Shown here one piece after another: positions 59,512-64,000 of a stretch of DNA of 64,000 nucleotides. The position numbers and the translations under genes are program-made. The DNA comes from Octopus vulgaris (taxonomy: Eukaryota): positions 109,554,001 to 109,618,000 of the forward strand of contig OX597818.1 of NCBI GenBank assembly GCA_951406725.2, in the 5' to 3' direction. How positions within the stretch are numbered: position 1 is the stretch's first letter; each line of letters opens with the position of its first letter. Below the pieces are notes generated by a model. The model was not told the DNA's origin. It did not search any database and was given only the letters and a program-made list of their open reading frames with translations.

Positions 59512-61729
59512 TACATATATATATACATACATACATATATATATATATATCATCATCATCATCGTTTAACGTCCATTTTCCGCGCTAGCACGGGTTGGAC
59601 GGTTTGACCGGGGTCTGGGAAGTCAGGGGCTGCACCAGGCTCCAGTCTGATCTGGCAGTGTTTCTACAGCTGGATGCCCTTCCTAACGCCAACCACTCTG
59701 CAAGTGCAGTGGGTGCTTTTTACGTGCCACCGGCACAGGTGCCAGGGGAGTCTGGCATCGGCCACGATCGGTTGGTGCTTTTAACGTGTCACCGGCACAG
59801 AAGCCATTTGAGGTGGCGCTGGCATCGGCCATGTTCGGATGGTGCTATTTATGTGCCACTAGCACTGAAGCCAGTCGAGGCGGCGCTGGCATCGGCCACA
59901 TTCGGATGGTGCTTTTTATGTGCCACCAGCACAGGTATCACAACTACTATTTCCATTGATATTTATTTCGATGTTCATGTACTTGACTCAATAGGTCTCC
60001 TCAAGCACAGCGGGATGTATATATATACATATATATATATGTGCATGCATGCATGCATGCATGTATGCATGTATGTATGTATGTATGTATGCATGCATGC
60101 ATGCATGTATGTATGTATGTATGTATGTATGTATGTATGTATGTATGTATGTATGTATGTATGTATGTATGTATGTATGTATGTATGTATGTATATATAT
60201 GTGTGTGTGTGTAGAGTGAAATACAAACACAAACAACAGCAACAGTAATAAAAAGAATGTATAAATGATTTATGAAGAAATTCTTGTTGTTCAGCTGATC
60301 AAGGTATTGAACATAATGAATAGCTTGAATTTTGGATTGCATGAAAGCAAATTCTTTGAAGCAACAAGTGAAGGAGAAGTAATACTGAAATCATAAACTG
60401 ATGCACTTAAAATTGAGTAAAGATGGCTTTAATTGCAGGTAAAAATGCAGTTTTAATAAAAATAATTATGAAAATAAATGTATTATATGCATTGATGAAT
60501 TCAGTATAGAATTTGGAAATTTGAAAAGAAGTTGTACATTTTCTATCCAAGAGAGGACATTATTTGAATAACCATAGGCGCAGGAGTGGCTGTGTGGTAA
60601 GTAGCTTGCTAACCAACCACATGGTCCCGGGTTCAGTCCCACTGCGTGGCACCTTGGGCAAGTGTCTTCTACTATAGCCTTGGGCCGACCAATGCTTTGT
60701 GAGTGGATTTGGTAGACGGAAACTGAAAGAAGCCCGTCGTATATATATATATATATATCTATGCATGTGTGTGTTTGTCCCCCTAGCATTGCTTGACAAC
60801 CGATGCTGGTGTGTTTATGTCCCCGTTACTTAGCGGTTCGGCAAAAGAGACCGATAGAATAAGTACTGGGCTTACAAAAGAATAAGTCCCAGGGTCGAGT
60901 TGTTCGATTAAAGGTGGTGCTCCAGCATGGCCACAGTCAAATGACTGAAACAAGTAAAAGAGTAAAAGAGAGAGAGAGTATTATAGGCATTGATGAATTC
61001 AGTATAGAATTTGGAAATTTGAAAAGAAGTTGTACATTTTCTATCCAAGAGAGGAGATTATTAGAATGACCAGTCTAAAAAGTGCTGTGCGTGCATGTGT
61101 GTGTTTGCATGTGTCATCTCTTTTTCTTGTTCAGCTCTCTGCTCAACTAACATTTTCTTCAGAAATACATGTGTATTGAGTTCTACACTAGGTTATTAAC
61201 CTGGCAGTGATTAGGGCGCAGCCCTCACTACAGGTTAAGGGTGTTGCACTTACAATCGCAAGATCGCGGTTTCAATTCCTAGACTGGGGTGGTGCATTGT
61301 GTTCTTGAGCAAAACACTTCAGTTCACGTTGCTTTGCGATCACTTCGACACCCGACGCGTGTGACAATGGGCACCGGTTCAGGTAACGTCGATTTGACGG
61401 AGCGAGAGTGAGCAAATGTGCAGCACGTACTATTTGATCATTATAAACGAATTATCGGAGCAGGTCGTTCGGAAAAAGCTGAACGCTCATACCCGTCTTT
61501 TTCGACGAGAGACTCCATCAGATATACGTAGGAACAAGAACTTTTGGATGGAAATTCATAAATCCTTTAATATATATATATATATTTCTTTATTGCCCAC
61601 AAGGGGCTAAACACAGAGAGGACGAACAAGGACAGACACACAGATTAAGCAGATTATCAAAACGTAACGGGCAGACGAAATACAGCTACGCATTTCGCCG
61701 CCCGGCGTGCAAACGTTTCTGCCAGCTCG

Positions 61730-61784
<55 letters not shown>

Positions 61785-62169
61785 CACACACACACATACA
61801 TATACACACAAAACATTATTTCGATGTAAACCAGGTGATGTTTTTGTCAAAAGCCCTCTCTCTCTCTCTCTCATACACACACACACACACGATAAAACCG
61901 TCCCAAATACAGAAACAATGTATTGTGAGAAACGAAATCCTCAAATAAATATTTTCGTCTGCAAAATAAAGTTACATCGAAAGTTCGTAAATGATAAATG
62001 ACATCAGAATGAAATAAATAACGTACAAAATAATATTTTTGTTTAGAATAAACTCAATCCTATTCTGATTAGAGGTGAGTGTTCGGAAATATTCTAAAGA
62101 ACCATCTTTGTCGAATTCTTCAATAATATTATCCAAAGCAATTTGCCAGTTGCCGATTTTTGACGCCAT
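41298..62169 (-). CDS. SMYD4: SET and MYND domain-containing protein 4, 17 coding exons, 751 aa; complement(join(41298..41551,43154..43267,44089..44221,45127..45245,46418..46491,47272..47609,49059..49210,49323..49383,49965..50070,52041..52165,52304..52466,54312..54363,54964..55023,56894..57020,58345..58434,59044..59188,62027..62169))
   Basis: All introns GT..AG with matching phases (2256 nt). N-terminal TPR (RQNGNKAF, YSNRSAALFHL), SET-N (GRHLRAKHPLKAGDVLIVEKPY), MYND (CNYC, CQRC, YCSRIC, HYVEC), SET-C (CNAHAI, SLLNHSCQP, SCYGP), post-SET (YFFKCQCEAC) and C-terminal TPR. Confidence 0.92.
42602..42668. repeat. (TA)n microsatellite
   Basis: Direct reading. Confidence 0.97.
43154..43267 (-). 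CDS. SMYD4: SMYD4 exon 16 (DALATFRLC...EIQDCIARCLASL)
   Basis: cctcag| and ttg|gttagt. Confidence 0.88.
44089..44221 (-). CDS. SMYD4: SMYD4 exon 15 (DEDCYQC...ESNNIE)
   Basis: ctccag| and aag|gtagat. Confidence 0.85.
45127..45245 (-). CDS. SMYD4: SMYD4 exon 14 (GPHSFRM...YFFKCQCEAC...PSAS)
   Basis: ttgcag| and tcg|gtatgt. Confidence 0.92.
45280..46255. repeat. Highly degenerate minisatellite with about 11-bp units (gctgtgccaaa-like), interrupted by two SINEs
   Basis: Recurrent ctgttccaaa / ctgtgccaaa / gttatgtcaaa units. Confidence 0.5.
46418..46491 (-). CDS. SMYD4: SMYD4 exon 13 (FQKDTLVVRSVKDISEGKEVFSCY)
   Basis: gtttag| and acg|gtaaaa. Confidence 0.92.
47272..47609 (-). CDS. SMYD4: SMYD4 exon 12 (TAVLLL...LLNHSCQPSISL)
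   Basis: tctcag| and aag|gtactg; SET NHSC motif. Confidence 0.95.
48224..48678. repeat. Inverted repeat pair (about 140-bp arms) around a CA-rich microsatellite
   Basis: 48224-48365 is the reverse complement of 48532-48678. Confidence 0.9.
49059..49210 (-). CDS. SMYD4: SMYD4 exon 11 (DFKENH...YLSVYKLMTH...QYSM)
   Basis: taaaag| and atg|gtgagt. Confidence 0.88.
49323..49383 (-). CDS. SMYD4: SMYD4 exon 10 (VGIAHLSLRIILVTGLQYLL)
   Basis: ttacag| and ttg|gtaaga. Confidence 0.9.
49965..50070 (-). CDS. SMYD4: SMYD4 exon 9 (CQRCCHILYCS...KLLHS)
   Basis: ttccag| and tct|gtaagt; MYND finger. Confidence 0.93.
52041..52165 (-). CDS. SMYD4: SMYD4 exon 8 (AKHPLKAGD...CNYC...SPVP)
   Basis: ttccag| and acc|gtaagt. 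Confidence 0.93.
52304..52466 (-). CDS. SMYD4: SMYD4 exon 7 (DLELTN...SLGRHLR)
   Basis: ttatag| and cga|gtaagt. Confidence 0.9.
54312..54363 (-). CDS. SMYD4: SMYD4 exon 6 (ESLLSDFEKWLKKVETK)
   Basis: taacag| and att|gtaagt; needed for the phase 1 to 2 change. Confidence 0.8.
54964..55023 (-). CDS. SMYD4: SMYD4 exon 5 (ELQDGMKNL...PKKK)
   Basis: ttaaag| and agg|gttaga; 60 nt, frame-neutral. Confidence 0.7.
56894..57020 (-). CDS. SMYD4: SMYD4 exon 4 (ACIADIE...RKAQCL...EAKT)
   Basis: aaccag| and ctg|gtaatt. Confidence 0.9.
58345..58434 (-). CDS. SMYD4: SMYD4 exon 3 (SLTLAP...HLGKYQ)
   Basis: tttcag| and caa|gtgagt. Confidence 0.92.
59044..59188 (-). CDS. SMYD4: SMYD4 exon 2 (NIPWIS...LEHYTK)
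   Basis: ttttag| and aag|gttaat. Confidence 0.9.
60017..60212. repeat. Compound (TA)n/(GCAT)n/(GTAT)n microsatellite
   Basis: Direct reading. Confidence 0.97.
60575..60978 (+). mobile_element. Full-length tRNA-derived SINE flanked by a 94-bp direct duplication
   Basis: Head ggcgcaggagtggctgtgtggtaag; tail agtaaaagag; flanks 60481-60574 and 60979-61072. Confidence 0.9.
62027..62169 (-). CDS. SMYD4: SMYD4 exon 1 (MASKIGNW...NKNII)
   Basis: ATG at 62169; donor tt|gtacgt, phase 2. Confidence 0.8.
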
Positions 62170-63015
62170 TGGACCGGTGTAAACCCAAGTGGATTCCTTG
62201 TTAATATTAAGGCTACGATTACGGCGGCGAGCTGGCAGAAACGTTAGCCGAGGAGCATCTTTCGCCAGCGCAGAAAGACAAAACCCAATTTTCACCCTTT
62301 CCTTCTCTCTGCCAGCACAAAGCAATCTTTACCTTTTCTTTCTCGGTCAGCAGAACGCACCACTATCAAATACCAACCAGCGAGCCATCAACATGTCGAT
62401 TATTTACAATCACTACTATGTGTTGTGGCACTCTGTCAGTTACAATGAGGAGGGTTCCAGTTGATCAACGGAACAGCCTGCTCGTGAAATTATCGTGCAA
62501 GTGGCTGAGCACTCCACAGACACGTGTACCTTTAACAAGGTTCTCAGGAAGATTCAGCGTGACACAGAGTGCGACAAGGCTGGCCCTTTGAAATACAGGT
62601 ACAACAGAAACAAGAAGAAAAAGTTAAAATGAAAGAGTATAGCAAGGGTCGTTACCACACCCTGCCGGAGCCACGTAGAACTTTAAGTGTTTTCACTCAA
62701 TAAACACTCACAACGCCAGGTCTGTCTGGGAATCGAAACCGCGATCCTATGACCACGAACCCACTGCCCTAACCACCGGACCATTGGGCCTCCACACTAC
62801 TGTATGTATAACTAACGACTGCGGACAAATAAATGTGCGAATATTATTCTTTATTCGTTGCTGTTATTCTTCACTTCATCTGCGCGTTACAATGGTATTG
62901 TTCTTCACATTAACAGTAGCTACATCGTTACCCTACAATTATAATAATTGCATTTTTCTCCACAATTGGTGCCTCCGACTTGAGAACCTTAGATCTTCAC
63001 ACTGCAACCCGATCT

Positions 63016-63186
63016 AGGTTAGGATGAGGGTTAAAGTTTAGGGTTCGAGTTTAAGTTTAAGATTTAAGATTAGAGTTAGGGTTCGGGGTTATGTTTGAGG
63101 TTTAGGGTTGGGGTTTAGGGTTAGGGTAAGTGTTAAGGTTAGGATTTAGGGTTTAGGATTAGGGTTGGAATTAGATTAGAGTTAGA
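63016..63186 (+). repeat. Degenerate telomere-like (TTAGGG)n tract
   Basis: ttagggttaggg, ttaggg, ttaagg and ttcggg variants. Confidence 0.75.
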
Positions 63187-63757
63187 CTGCATGCGAAAGT
63201 ATAAATAGCCAGGTAGACCACACACTAAAGTGGACCCTTAAGGACCTTAGTGTAATCATAGATTCCCAAACCCATTTCCATCCATGAAGATAAGTAATAG
63301 TAAACAGTTTAAATCTACAACCGCTTGAATTATTCCGCAAAGACGGAATCTTCAGCGACTTGTCTGTGTCCTGATGAGTTTAAAGGGCATTATTTTCAAC
63401 TAATGCGAACAGTGATAAAAAAAAAAAAAACTACAACAAAACTCGAATACTGAACAGTGACCAGAAACAAGGTTTAGACTTTAGACACAAAAATGATAAC
63501 GTATGAAGTATTTGTAAACATAACATTTCAGTTAGAGTTAACACGTTCATGACCGCACTCTTGAAATAGGTTCAAACTAATTTACTTATCGTTTTTTATG
63601 AAGAGTGTAGGAAGGAATGGTTTTATCTTTCTTTCATTCACCCAGAAAAATAATGGTCAGGTAGTAAAGCGATTAGTAATGTGAGAGTAGAAGCGTATCT
63701 CATTTGTAATGAAGTGCGAATAAAACAGACTATTGGTCGGATTCATAGAAGTAGGTG

Positions 63758-64000
63758 GAGGCGCAATAGCCCAGTGTTTAGGCCAGCGGACTTGTTGTCA
63801 GAGGATCGCGGTTTCGATTCCCAGACCGGGCGTTGTGTGTGTTTATTGAGCGAAAACACCTAAAGCTCCACGAAGCTCCGGCAGGGGGTGGGGGTGACCC
63901 CTGTTGTACTCTTTCGCCCTAACTTTTTTTCACTCTTTCTTCCTGTTTCTTGAGTAACGCTGCGATGGACTGGTGTCCCGTCCAGCTGGGAGGAACACAT
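63758..64000 (+). mobile_element. tRNA-derived SINE, running off the window end
   Basis: ggaggcgcaatagcccagtg A-box-like and ggtttcgattccc B-box-like head. Confidence 0.7.

Noticed and set aside
60575-60650. tRNA-like sequences with A/B boxes (also near 46770 and 63758)
   Set aside because: SINE heads continuing into SINE bodies; no complete cloverleaf.
63340-63400. CTGATGAG (+) and CTGAAGA with a hairpin (-) as possible hammerheads
   Set aside because: No correctly placed GAAA, stem III or stem I. The same applies to CTGANGA hits near 8476, 31525 and 43645.

Overview
AT-rich, repeat-dense animal genomic DNA. The SINE/MITE families and microsatellite load resemble an octopus (coleoid cephalopod) genome; this is inferred, not proven. 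Three protein-coding genes were built by hand with consistent GT-AG junctions and phases: the last 8 coding exons of TM7SF3 (+, 2477-11543; 5' exons outside the window), a single-coding-exon 12-finger C2H2 zinc-finger gene (-, 25701-27209) and a complete 17-exon SMYD4 (-, 41298-62169, 751 aa). The rest is SINEs (three or more families), RTE and R4/Dong-like LINE fragments, piggyBac-type MITEs and an internally deleted piggyBac, a dead Chapaev3-like transposon, Helitron remnants, Penelope-like remnants and microsatellites. Most notable: (1) a 320-bp, 97.8% identical inverted copy (99-418) of a whole TM7SF3 coding exon plus its donor site, upstream on the same presumed pre-mRNA, a candidate ADAR editing-complementary or splice-switch sequence; (2) several type I hammerhead ribozyme motifs, one with a fully intact core inside a 484-bp partial-tandem retrozyme/Penelope-like unit (37062-37675) and one in sense in a TM7SF3 intron; (3) several local templated insertions with microhomology junctions. 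Repeat boundaries are approximate unless terminal motifs are quoted, and the SINE list is representative, not exhaustive.
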